Below are positions 55,679 to 64,000 of a stretch of DNA of 64,000 nucleotides, one piece after another. The notes beneath the pieces were generated by a model that did no database searches, was not told the DNA's origin, and was given only the letters and a program-made list of their open reading frames with translations. Origin of the DNA: an uncultured Rivularia sp. Lineage in GTDB: Bacteria > Cyanobacteriota > Cyanobacteriia > Cyanobacteriales > Nostocaceae. Position numbers and translations under genes: made by a program. Position 1 is the stretch's first letter. Every line of letters begins with the position of its first letter. The DNA is taken from contig OY762007.1 of assembly GCA_963665115.1 (NCBI GenBank), positions 5,824,001 through 5,888,000 of the forward strand. Reading direction: 5' to 3'.

Positions 55679-57334
55679 TTAAAAAGTAAAAGTAGTTCTA
55701 AGGGCACCAATTACAACATTGTCATTGTCGTCATTGTGGTCTGGTGCTGTTAACCAGATAACTCCAGGTGTGATAGAAATATTATCGTTTATTCGATATT
55801 GGTAAAATGCTTCGATATGATAGGAAGTATCTCTATCTTTATCTATCTCATCAATACTCGAATCCGTGACCTTCGGCTCCATACCTACAACAATACCTGC
55901 CAAGTTCCCTTTTTTACCCAAATTTGGAAAACCTAAAGTTACCGCCCAATTCCATATATCAAGGCTTCCACGGTCTATTATTCCTCCTTTCGTAGATAAG
56001 TTACTAGCATTTGTGTATCCAACCCAACCTCCCAAAACTATATTCTCGCTAATGCCCAAAGAAGCTTGTATACCATAGGAATTGCTAGAAAATGGCACTT
56101 CTACCTCTTCAGGTTCGGGTTCTCCAGGTTCGGCAGGAGGAGGTGCAATGTCACCTCGAAGGAAGGATATGGGATTAGCACGTTGGCTGCCAGTACCTAA
56201 TTCCTGATTGTAGGCATTTATATAGGTCAAACCAATTTTGAAGCGTTTGCTTGGTTCAAAGGTTAACTGTGCAAGCGCACCATAGGGACCATTAAATATT
56301 CCGCTATCCGAGGAAGGATCGTTAGGGGAACTTCCTAAATAAGCTAAACTCAATGATAAACTACTGCCAAATTCTTGGGTGATTCCCAATCCCGAACCAT
56401 CCATATTATAGTAAATCGGGTTGCGAGTACCGAAAGCAGATATCGCACCTTCAGTACCGTCACCATCAAACTGGTTAACAGTATCTACAACGTCATCGGC
56501 TGCACCTGCATTCGCGATCGCAATAACGTTGGTTTTTTCAGTCAAAGGAAAGCTATACCATAATGCATCAAGTGCAGCATCAGTACTAGCATCATCACTA
56601 CTTTCACCGAAAGCAAGATTACCTTCAGGTGTCCCAATATCGGGACTGACAATATTATTAGTCTGAATACGAGTATATAGAGTGTCTTTTCCTGTAAAAC
56701 TAGTAACAAAATTTATCCGCGCTCTAGCTCCAAAAGTCGTATTGTCTTCGTTCGTCTCCCCTTCCAAAGCATCAACTACTGCTGTTACAATTTCACCTTC
56801 AAATTTAGAAGTCGTAGAAAACTGATTCGCTTCTAATTGAGCAGTTCGTGCTTCTAGTGCATCTACTCTTCCGCGCAGTGTTGCAAGTTCGGCTGAAAAT
56901 TCTTCTTGCAGCTTTTGCAGTGTAGCTAAATCTTCCCTTGTAACAATATCAGCAGTAGCTGTAGCAATTAACTCGTTGACTCTATCCAAACAAGCATTCA
57001 AACCAGCAGCGAATTCATATCGAGTTAATGCTCGATTACCGCGATAGGTTTGATTCGGATATCCAGCAATACATCCATAACGTTCTACCAAAGATTGCAG
57101 GGCTTGGAATGCCCAATCAGTAGGCTGCACATCTGATAGCTGAGACACTGAAGTAACCTGTGCTATCAGCTTCTCTTGAGTGAAATTTTCATCTTGAAGA
57201 TTTGGTATTGCAACTGCTTCTTCTTCTTTGCTTTCTAAATCAACAACGGGCTGTGCTGCGATAGCATCGCTACTGAAACCTATCGTTGCAGCCAAGATTG
57301 GGCTTGTCAGCAGAGCCTGCAATACTTTGTTCAT
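55679..57334 (-). CDS. SLH-domain outer membrane porin (SomA/OprB-like, iron-uptake porin family)
   Basis: QVTSVSQLSDVQPTDWAFQALQSLVERYGCIAGYP SLH domain; C-terminal ITPGVIW...GALRTTFTF. Confidence 0.93.
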   Translation of the reverse strand: MNKVLQALLTSPILAATIGFSSDAIAAQPVVDLESKEEEAVAIPNLQDENFTQEKLIAQVTSVSQLSDVQPTDWAFQALQSLVERYGCIAGYPNQTYRGNRALTRYEFAAGLNACLDRVNELIATATADIVTREDLATLQKLQEEFSAELATLRGRVDALEARTAQLEANQFSTTSKFEGEIVTAVVDALEGETNEDNTTFGARARINFVTSFTGKDTLYTRIQTNNIVSPDIGTPEGNLAFGESSDDASTDAALDALWYSFPLTEKTNVIAIANAGAADDVVDTVNQFDGDGTEGAISAFGTRNPIYYNMDGSGLGITQEFGSSLSLSLAYLGSSPNDPSSDSGIFNGPYGALAQLTFEPSKRFKIGLTYINAYNQELGTGSQRANPISFLRGDIAPPPAEPGEPEPEEVEVPFSSNSYGIQASLGISENIVLGGWVGYTNASNLSTKGGIIDRGSLDIWNWAVTLGFPNLGKKGNLAGIVVGMEPKVTDSSIDEIDKDRDTSYHIEAFYQYRINDNISITPGVIWLTAPDHNDDNDNVVIGALRTTFTF

Positions 57335-57398
57335 TCTCTTTCCTCACACTATACAGTAATTATTCGGTAGCCAAACTCTAGTTATAGAGTAATAATTT

Positions 57399-57417
57399 AT
57401 TACAAATAATTTTCAAT
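57399..57417. promoter_or_regulatory. Putative Fur box upstream of the porin
   Basis: attacaaataattttcaat, 2 mismatches from palindromic ATTGAAAATnATTTTCAAT, 65 bp before the ATG. Confidence 0.5.
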
Positions 57418-58103
57418 AATATATCAGCATTCAGTGGTTGTTTTCACTAAAATCTAGAAATCTTGACTATTTATACTTACTTCACTTTCCTCGGAAAGCA
57501 AGTCATATATACTTTGAATAGAAAAATATATGAGCCGCATTCTTGCGAGTGAACAAGGAACGGGTGAATACGTCGCTACTGCTCGTAATTACATAATTAC
57601 GTTACTTTTGCGTAAGTCCTAATACAGAAAAGGGATTAAGTCTAAACAGTGAAACAAAATACACTCTATACAATTTTATTACTTGTGCAGCATTTTTTTG
57701 ATTCTTCAGTCGCACTATATTATTTATTATGAATCTTACGGCAACAAATTTTGTGAGCTTTGAACTCAATACGAAACATAGGTGCTATGCATTTGCACTC
57801 CAAGAGTATCGTTTTGGGGAAAGTTATTTTATTTTCATTTGCCTTTGCCGTAGCTTATGAATTGTCCACCATTAAACCTTTAGGATGATGTTTTGCTAGA
57901 CAAGACTGCTACTGTTTATCGTAGATAGACCATTTAAGCGAAATTTTCCTTCCAATGATAGTTCTTGCCAAATTGATAGTTTTTTATTGCTGTACATTTG
58001 GCAAAATTGCCAATTAACTCTACATAAATAGTTTTTTTTGACGAAACTATTGCAAAAGTAATATAAGTTTGCTATATTCTTTAATCGTAGGTCAAATAAC
58101 CCT

Positions 58104-58176
<73 letters not shown>

Positions 58177-58185
58177 TACAAAATG

Positions 58186-58220
58186 AAACCCCCACCAGCT
58201 AACGCTTCTGGGGGTTTTTT
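58186..58220 (+). terminator. Intrinsic terminator after tRNA-Phe
   Basis: aaaccccca...tgggggttt stem ending in a T run. Confidence 0.75.
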
Positions 58221-58255
58221 AATTCCACAAAAACCCCGTTTCAGCGATTTACGGA

Positions 58256-58338
58256 GGTGTAACTGTGGTGTAAAAAATAGCCACGTTGGACATATTTGGA
58301 TATGTTTAGCTAAATTTTGGGGGTAAATTGGGGGTAAA
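58256..58338 (+). repeat. Three pairs of direct repeats: putative integrase arm and accessory-factor sites
   Basis: GGTGTAA x2 (58256, 58267); TTGGAYATRT x2 (58286, 58296); TTGGGGGTAAA x2 (58317, 58328). Confidence 0.65.
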
Positions 58339-58376
58339 TTTAAGCGCGTTCTGTGACGCGGTTTCAGGAGTTCCCT

Positions 58377-59546
58377 ATGACTAGCCAACCCCCCAAACGT
58401 AAATCATCTAAAGGTACTGTCCAAATAAAAATTTCCAACGAGCGTTTACAGCTTGTTTTCCGTTTCGCTGGAAAACGTTATTACCTTTCAACTGGGTTTT
58501 CAGATACGGTAGCTAACCGTAAGTTAGCAGAAATGAAAGCCAAGCAGATTGAGCTTGATATGTTATCGGGAAATTTCGACCCAACTTTAGCTAAGTATAA
58601 GCCGGAATCTTTAATCGCTAAAGTTAAAGCATCTACACCACCTCCACAGCCGACACAAGTAGCTGTATCCCTGGCTGATTTGTGGGAAAGCTATATTGAT
58701 TTCAAACGTAGTAGTTTGTCTCCTAGTACCTTAGCTAAGGACGTTCAAAGAGTTCGGAACTGCATTAACGTACATCTACCTTTCACAACTCTTGATAAAG
58801 CAGTAGCCATTCGAGATTGGTTGGTTGCTAATAAAACTCCAAATTCTTGCAAACGGATGTTAACCCAAATTTCAGCTTGCTGCGATTGGGCACTTAAGTC
58901 TGGGCTGATTAAAGAAAACCCCTTCGAGGATATGTCAAGCGATATTAAGATTCCCAAAGCTTCAAAGGAAGATGCCGACATTAATGCATTTACCCAAGAA
59001 GAACGCGACAGGATTATCCAAGCATTTAAAGATAGCCGCTATTACAGGCATTATGCGGCTTTGATTGAATTTTTGTTCCTCACAGGTTGCAGACCATCAG
59101 AAGCTGCTGGTTTAGAGTGGAAGCATGTTGCTAATGACTTTAGTTTTATCCGTTTTGAGCAAGCAGTAGTGGTTTCTGAGTCCGGATTAACCTGTAAAAA
59201 GGGTTTGAAAACTCAGAAGAAACGAGTCTTCCCTATCAACAATCGTCTAGCAACTTTGCTCAAATCAATTAAAGCTGCTTGTGATAACACAAAAGTGTTT
59301 CCCTCCAGAAAAGGAACGTGGATTGATGTTCATAACTTCACAAGGAGAGGTTGGAAAGAAACTTTATTAGCTTTGGATGGTATTGAATACCGAAAACTTT
59401 ACCAAACGCGACACACCTTTATCACTTTGGCTTTAAAGAATGGAATGGATGTAAAGGATGTAGCTACATTAGTTGGTAACTCTCCAGAAATAATTTACCG
59501 CCATTATGCGGGTCAAAGTCGAGAAATTGTTGTGCCAGATTTTTAA
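58377..59546 (+). CDS. int: Tyrosine recombinase/integrase with N-terminal arm-binding domain
   Basis: RLQLVFRFAGKRYYLSTG arm domain; LTGCRPSEA, GLKT, YQTRHTF and GNSPEIIYRHY catalytic motifs; AGGAG RBS. Confidence 0.95.
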   Translation: MTSQPPKRKSSKGTVQIKISNERLQLVFRFAGKRYYLSTGFSDTVANRKLAEMKAKQIELDMLSGNFDPTLAKYKPESLIAKVKASTPPPQPTQVAVSLADLWESYIDFKRSSLSPSTLAKDVQRVRNCINVHLPFTTLDKAVAIRDWLVANKTPNSCKRMLTQISACCDWALKSGLIKENPFEDMSSDIKIPKASKEDADINAFTQEERDRIIQAFKDSRYYRHYAALIEFLFLTGCRPSEAAGLEWKHVANDFSFIRFEQAVVVSESGLTCKKGLKTQKKRVFPINNRLATLLKSIKAACDNTKVFPSRKGTWIDVHNFTRRGWKETLLALDGIEYRKLYQTRHTFITLALKNGMDVKDVATLVGNSPEIIYRHYAGQSREIVVPDF

Positions 59547-59553
59547 ACAAAAA

Positions 59554-59781
59554 AGGCAGTAGGCAATCGGCAGTAGGCAGTAGTAAAACCAGTTTTAGAG
59601 GAAAAGTATAGGGGCTTAAAGACATCATTATTTATTTATGAATACAGGACAATATTTTTTATGTCCGTTCTGGACACGCTGCGCTAACACTCCGAGGTAG
59701 TACGAGAAAAAAGATATCCGAACTTATTAGCCCCACAAATAATGAGGTTACTACTGCCTACTGCCTACTTTCCACTGCCCT
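59554..59781. mobile_element. MITE-like element with heptamer-built inverted termini, containing a short dispersed repeat
   Basis: Perfect 18-bp inverted repeat ggcagtaggcagtagtaa (59569-59586) / ttactactgcctactgcc (59748-59765); repeat unit at 59661-59688. Confidence 0.65.
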
Positions 59782-59823
59782 AATTTGTATTCAGGGTGCT
59801 GACATAAATCTGTTGAAAAATTT

Positions 59824-60109
59824 TCAATTACGCTTCAAACTTTGTTTTTGGATTTTTTGGGAATTACGTTTTTTATTACTTGCTAAACTCGCATGATACA
59901 AATCAATTGCTCTGTGATGAGCTATTGGGGTCGTAACGATTGTGCAACCAATCTTGGATTAATTCAAGATTGTAAAGAACACAGCGACTATTAACTTTTA
60001 TCCAATGAGTTCCTTCAATCCACGTTCCATCTAATCGATATTTCTTGAGCGTAGCGCAACTTAAATTTAGCCTCGAAGAAGCTAAATGTTTATTAGCAAA
60101 CTGAAACAT
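59824..60109 (-). CDS. Excisionase-like small wHTH protein (apparent +1 frameshift at ~59928)
   Basis: ASSRLNLSCATLKKYR...WIEGTHW...VLYNLELIQDW; deleting one base of gggg 59927-59930 extends it to 94 aa (DPIAHHRAIDLYHASLASNKKR...); convergent with int. Confidence 0.65.
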
Positions 60110-61225
60110 CGTTTTTTCCCTAAATACAATGAATATGTAGGTAGCGCAGCCTGTTATTTTATTTATTTTTAGTTAATTTCTTAACTCAAAATTTATAGGT
60201 GAAACTCGAATTCACCTTTATCCAAAGCTAGACATTTCTTTGCTCAATACCACAAAAACAAAGAGGTACTAACTTCAAATAAAATCAATTCACTTAATTT
60301 ATCGGATAAAGCAAACAATCAAACAACACATCATCAATTCCTTCAACTATTAATACATTCGTTGGCTATATTTGGCAATTTTTCAGCGGTTAAAGAATTT
60401 CAAGCAAAAATCAAGCTGTAATATATTTTATATATAAATAACTGTTTACTACTTAGAACAAAAAATATCTATATTCTTCTATGCGCTATAAAATTAGGGA
60501 ATAAACGAATTTTTGATAAATTAATATCCTAAATCATCTGTATGTAAATGTATAGTTAATATCCGAACACTGAATTTTAAAGCTGTATTTTATTTTGAAC
60601 AATATGTAACCGACCAGATTATCAATATGACTACAAACATTGGAATTGATTGATTTTCTTCAATTAATATATCAAAAAAAATCAAATTATCTCATAATCA
60701 TACGAAGGTTAAAAATACTACAATGTCTTAATATAGGTTAGGCTATTTATGACCCAACGTTAAATTAATTTTCTAGCGTTTTTATGTACACATTAAAAGC
60801 TCAAACAAATATAGAATTTTCCTTGCTGTCCAAGTGTTAATGACATTAGAAGCTTTGAAACTTAAAGTAATAATATTCTGCTTATCAATGCCAGAATCTG
60901 CTATATAAACTTGTGTATAAATATTGAAGTTTTACTACTTGTTGGATGTATAAAATGTTTTTACTATGAAAAATAAATTTATTCATATACGTCTCTCTAA
61001 AGAGTTAAGAAAAATTTTTTTATTATTTACTCCTTTCGGATGATTTTTTTTCATCTTGAGAAAGTCAGTATTTTCTAATAGAGATTAAAAAACGAGAAAA
61101 TTATTTGTTTACTGCCATTTTCCGGTATTTATCAAGGGTGTACTAGCTACTCAAGCAATTTGGAAGGGCTATTTTTGAGAAAGACTCTATAGGCTTTAGA
61201 ACAAATAAATTCTTGGGGGCAAGCT

Positions 61226-61564
61226 TTATGCCGATTTACTTCTTTTCGCCAAGGTTTCTACTCCTACAGAAACGACTTTAACCACTGCTTCTGTTGGTAG
61301 CGATCGCAATTTATTCAAAATCTGTTGCAATGAGTCTTCAGTCGGTAACTCACCCTCAGTTAAATAGGTTTGGAGTTCAGCCAGAGTCCAACCTTTAAAA
61401 TTCGCTAACTTCTCCAGATTTTGTGTATCGGGGAAACATAAACCAGATTCCCAGAAGTTCACAGATGATTTACTCACACCCAACTGCTGAGAAAAGCGAC
61501 GTTGAGATGTAGCACCTCGTAATTCTTTAATAAGTTCGGCTAATCTTTCTGCCTTGGTTGCCAT
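61226..61564 (-). CDS. XRE-family HTH repressor of the element
   Basis: LRGATSQRRFSQQLGVSKSSVNFWESGLCFP; divergent from the primase gene. Confidence 0.88.
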   Translation of the reverse strand: MATKAERLAELIKELRGATSQRRFSQQLGVSKSSVNFWESGLCFPDTQNLEKLANFKGWTLAELQTYLTEGELPTEDSLQQILNKLRSLPTEAVVKVVSVGVETLAKRSKSA

Positions 61565-61644
61565 ACTCAGTTTTATACTTGAATCGTGGAATTTTAGCGT
61601 CTGCAAATTTAATTATGTGCAAAATAGCGGTAAATTAGAAGTAG

Positions 61645-61720
61645 CGTCCAATATGTTGGACGTTTTTGACTAAGCAATCAGTTGTTTTAGCAATACTACT
61701 CCCGTCTAGGCGGTTAGATG
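61645..61720. promoter_or_regulatory. Two palindromic operator-like sites CGTCYA-N6-TRGAYG
   Basis: cgtcca-atatgt-tggacg (61645-61662) and cgtcta-ggcggt-tagatg (61703-61720) between the divergent repressor and primase. Confidence 0.6.
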
Positions 61721-61883
61721 GGTACTTGTTGTTATGCCTAAAGTTGCTACAAAAAGTTGACCATTTCAATTTTACTGCACTTAAACATGGATATTGACCT
61801 TGGGTTGAAAGAGCTAAGGGATAAGGGCAGTAGCAAGTAAGTAGTCGGTGACAAGAATTACCTTTTTATAATAGTTAAGCTTC

Positions 61884-64000
61884 ATGTCAACAAAATATAA
61901 GAAAGGAAGATACTCAAATAAACAACAGCCTTGCCCTGTTTGCGGTAACACGAAAGGTAGTTGTAAAATAAATGACGATGGTAGTATTTATTGCTTCCAC
62001 TCCACACCAAATTCCGTACCATCTGGTTACATTCATATTCGAGAACTATCGGATGGTATGGGACATTCTTTCATTGAATCCTATGTTGTTGATGAGTTAT
62101 TAACAGCAGTCAGAACCCTACAGAGTCAAGGGAAGAGAGCAAGCTGCAAAGAGATAAGTGATTTGACGGGGCGACCTTCTTCATGGGCTTACGCGGTTCA
62201 AAAATCTTACCCATCTTATTTTCCAGTTGGAAATAGATTGGACACTCACTCGAATGTTACGCTCCCTAAAACTTATAAGCAGAAAAATCAACCTCCTCCA
62301 AAAGATAAGAAAGATTTTCCATCACCATTAGTTTTGAGCGAGGAAGAAAGAGATAAGCAATATCGTTCAATCTTAAATCAACTTCCATTAAATGAAACTC
62401 ACCTCAATCATTTAACAGATATACGTGGATTGGGAGATTTTGTTGATTTAATTGGTTTTCGTTCGTGGAAAGAAAAACCAGTAGAAAATTTTAGTGCTTG
62501 TTTACCTGGTGTAGTTGAACATGACAACTCATTGTACTTGTACAAACCCGAAGGGATATTTTTACCAATTCACAATGAATTAGGACAAATCATTGCTTTT
62601 CAAATTCGTCCAGATGATACCAGTAATGGCAAATATAAATGGGGTTCATCTGCACCATCTGGTGGTAATGGTCCTCGCTTAGATAATGGAGAAATGCCGC
62701 TTGCATTCTGCCGTCCAGAATCGATTGAGTTACCATCAATTGGTTTAGCTGAAGGAGTGTTAAAAGCTTGGTCAGTAGCCTGTAACTTAAAACAAATAAT
62801 CATTGGAGCCTCTGGAGCAGCCTGGGATTGTAGCCCAAAATTATTCAAACGATATTTGGAAAATGCTGCTACCCAACAAAATACTTCTCTATCTAACTTA
62901 GTAATTGATTTGTACGTTGATGCGGGGATGCTTTCAAATCAACACATCATGCTTCGTTACCATGAAACAATCAAATTATTGCAGGAATGGGAATGTAAAA
63001 TACGCATTGCTTGGTGGGGACAATTTAACAAAGATGACCTAGATATTGACGACCTAATTCTTCAGGGGAAGCGCCATACTATTACTTATATTTCAATCGA
63101 TGAATGGATGAAACTATGGTCAGATGACATCCGTAACTATTTGCTATATAAATCAGTACAGTTCAACACGTCAGATTGGTCAGCTCCAGTGCAACATCCA
63201 TACAGGTCAGAATTAGGTTATTGGAAGAAAGTTAATACAGAGTGGAAATGGATTCCCAAAGCAGGATTTAGCTTTATCGTTGAGCGAGAATTAGTTGGAA
63301 CAAACGACAATTACGGGGGATTAGTTTTACAAGTTAAACGTACTTATGACCCACCACTAGAACAGCATAGAGTAGTAGTCCCTGCCGAAGCATTTAATAA
63401 GGTAACGGATTTCATTAACTGTTTATCTCGTGCAACGGGGAAAGTCTATTTTGTAAACAAACTGAAAGTAGATGAACTGCACAAGTATTTGCATAAAGAA
63501 TTAGCAGCATACCGAGAACGTGGAGGAAAACCCTATAAATTATCAGAACGTCTTGGTCGTCAATCAGATGGAAATTGGGTGTTCCACGACTGTCAAATTT
63601 CAAAAGATGGAGCAATTATTACAGAGGAAGAATCAGGCTGGGTTCTTAATGAAAGGTTAATAGCCGCAGAAAAAATTCCAGTTCCTAAAATTAATACTCA
63701 ACCAGAACCAAATGTCTTGCCACGTTTAGTAAATTCTATGCGTAATTTCTTCGGAGCAGAAGGTTTTATGCCAGCTTTATTTACAGCAGCATTTTCTGTT
63801 GCTGGTTTGTTTTACGATGAAATCCAACAAGAAGAAGGATTTTTTCCGGTTTTGGGACTTTACGGAGATGCAGGAACAGGAAAGACACTCGCCGCAGTTA
63901 CTGCACTTTCCCTGTTGGGCTTTGACCATAGAGCCAAGATTAATAAAGCATCTGAAAGCGCTTACCACGAGCGTTTTAAACTCATGGGTGGGTTAACTCA
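61884..64000 (+). CDS. Primase-helicase replication protein (Zn finger, Toprim-like, P-loop NTPase); 3'-truncated by the window and absent from the ORF track
   Basis: MSTKYKKGRYSNKQQPCPVCGNTKGSC...YCFH; IGLAEGVLKAW; LYVDAG; IAWWGQFNKDDLDIDD; same-frame Walker A LYGDAGTGKT at ~63858-63887. Confidence 0.85.
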   Translation, partial: MSTKYKKGRYSNKQQPCPVCGNTKGSCKINDDGSIYCFHSTPNSVPSGYIHIRELSDGMGHSFIESYVVDELLTAVRTLQSQGKRASCKEISDLTGRPSSWAYAVQKSYPSYFPVGNRLDTHSNVTLPKTYKQKNQPPPKDKKDFPSPLVLSEEERDKQYRSILNQLPLNETHLNHLTDIRGLGDFVDLIGFRSWKEKPVENFSACLPGVVEHDNSLYLYKPEGIFLPIHNELGQIIAFQIRPDDTSNGKYKWGSSAPSGGNGPRLDNGEMPLAFCRPESIELPSIGLAEGVLKAWSVACNLKQIIIGASGAAWDCSPKLFKRYLENAATQQNTSLSNLVIDLYVDAGMLSNQHIMLRYHETIKLLQEWECKIRIAWWGQFNKDDLDIDDLILQGKRHTITYISIDEWMKLWSDDIRNYLLYKSVQFNTSDWSAPVQHPYRSELGYWKKVNTEWKWIPKAGFSFIVERELVGTNDNYGGLVLQVKRTYDPPLEQHRVVVPAEAFNKVTDFINCLSRATGKVYFVNKLKVDELHKYLHKELAAYRERGGKPYKLSERLGRQSDGNWVFHDCQISKDGAIITEEESGWVLNERLIAAEKIPVPKINTQPEPNVLPRLVNSMRNFFGAEGFMPALFTAAFSVAGLFYDEIQQEEGFFPVLGLYGDAGTGKTLAAVTALSLLGFDHRAKINKASESAYHERFKLMGGLT

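Larger units (their letters stand above)
58177..64000. mobile_element. Integrative element / phage-satellite-like island at tRNA-Phe (left end; continues beyond the window)
   Basis: tRNA 3' end followed by paired direct repeats, tyrosine integrase, xis-like gene, XRE repressor and primase-helicase. Confidence 0.85.

Noticed and set aside
57607..57622. ttgcgtaagtccta, resembling a Nostocales MITE end
   Set aside because: No partner terminus found nearby
58377..59546. Integrase as a heterocyst-specific XisA/XisC-type excisase
   Set aside because: It sits at a tRNA 3' end rather than interrupting nif, hup or fdx genes, and is linked to a repressor and primase
62600..63996. Short ORFs listed in the track at the window end
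   Set aside because: Shadow ORFs overlapping the long primase-helicase frame

Overview
64 kb of chromosome from a heterocyst-forming cyanobacterium (Nostocales). Supporting evidence: recurrent HIP1 GCGATCGC sites, heptameric STRR tandem repeats, hetZ-patU, amiC1-amiC2-murI, a hepN-like kinase and the psaF-psaJ-psaL/gmk locus. About 58 kb is conserved core genome: ribD, mreBCD, ssb, sds, remA, gmk, tsaD, tRNA-Pro, tic22-prmC-tsaC, secDF, pdhB, hemB, prfC, rbpG, an spsB-like gene, an NFACT gene and an SLH porin. It is sprinkled with MITE, REP and very short dispersed repeats, some nested in each other or inserted into HIP1 sites. The last ~5.8 kb is the left end of an integrative element at the 3' end of tRNA-Phe. 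It carries paired arm-type direct repeats, a tyrosine integrase, a convergent excisionase-like gene, an XRE repressor, two matching palindromic operators and a >700-aa Zn-finger/Toprim/Walker-A primase-helicase that runs off the window and is missing from the ORF track. This phage-satellite or integrative-element-like module is the best candidate for an undescribed system; its cargo and right end lie outside the window. Ten frameshifts in nine genes, several essential, are all repaired by deleting extra bases from short homopolymers and are most likely sequencing or assembly errors. The ORF track also misses psaJ.
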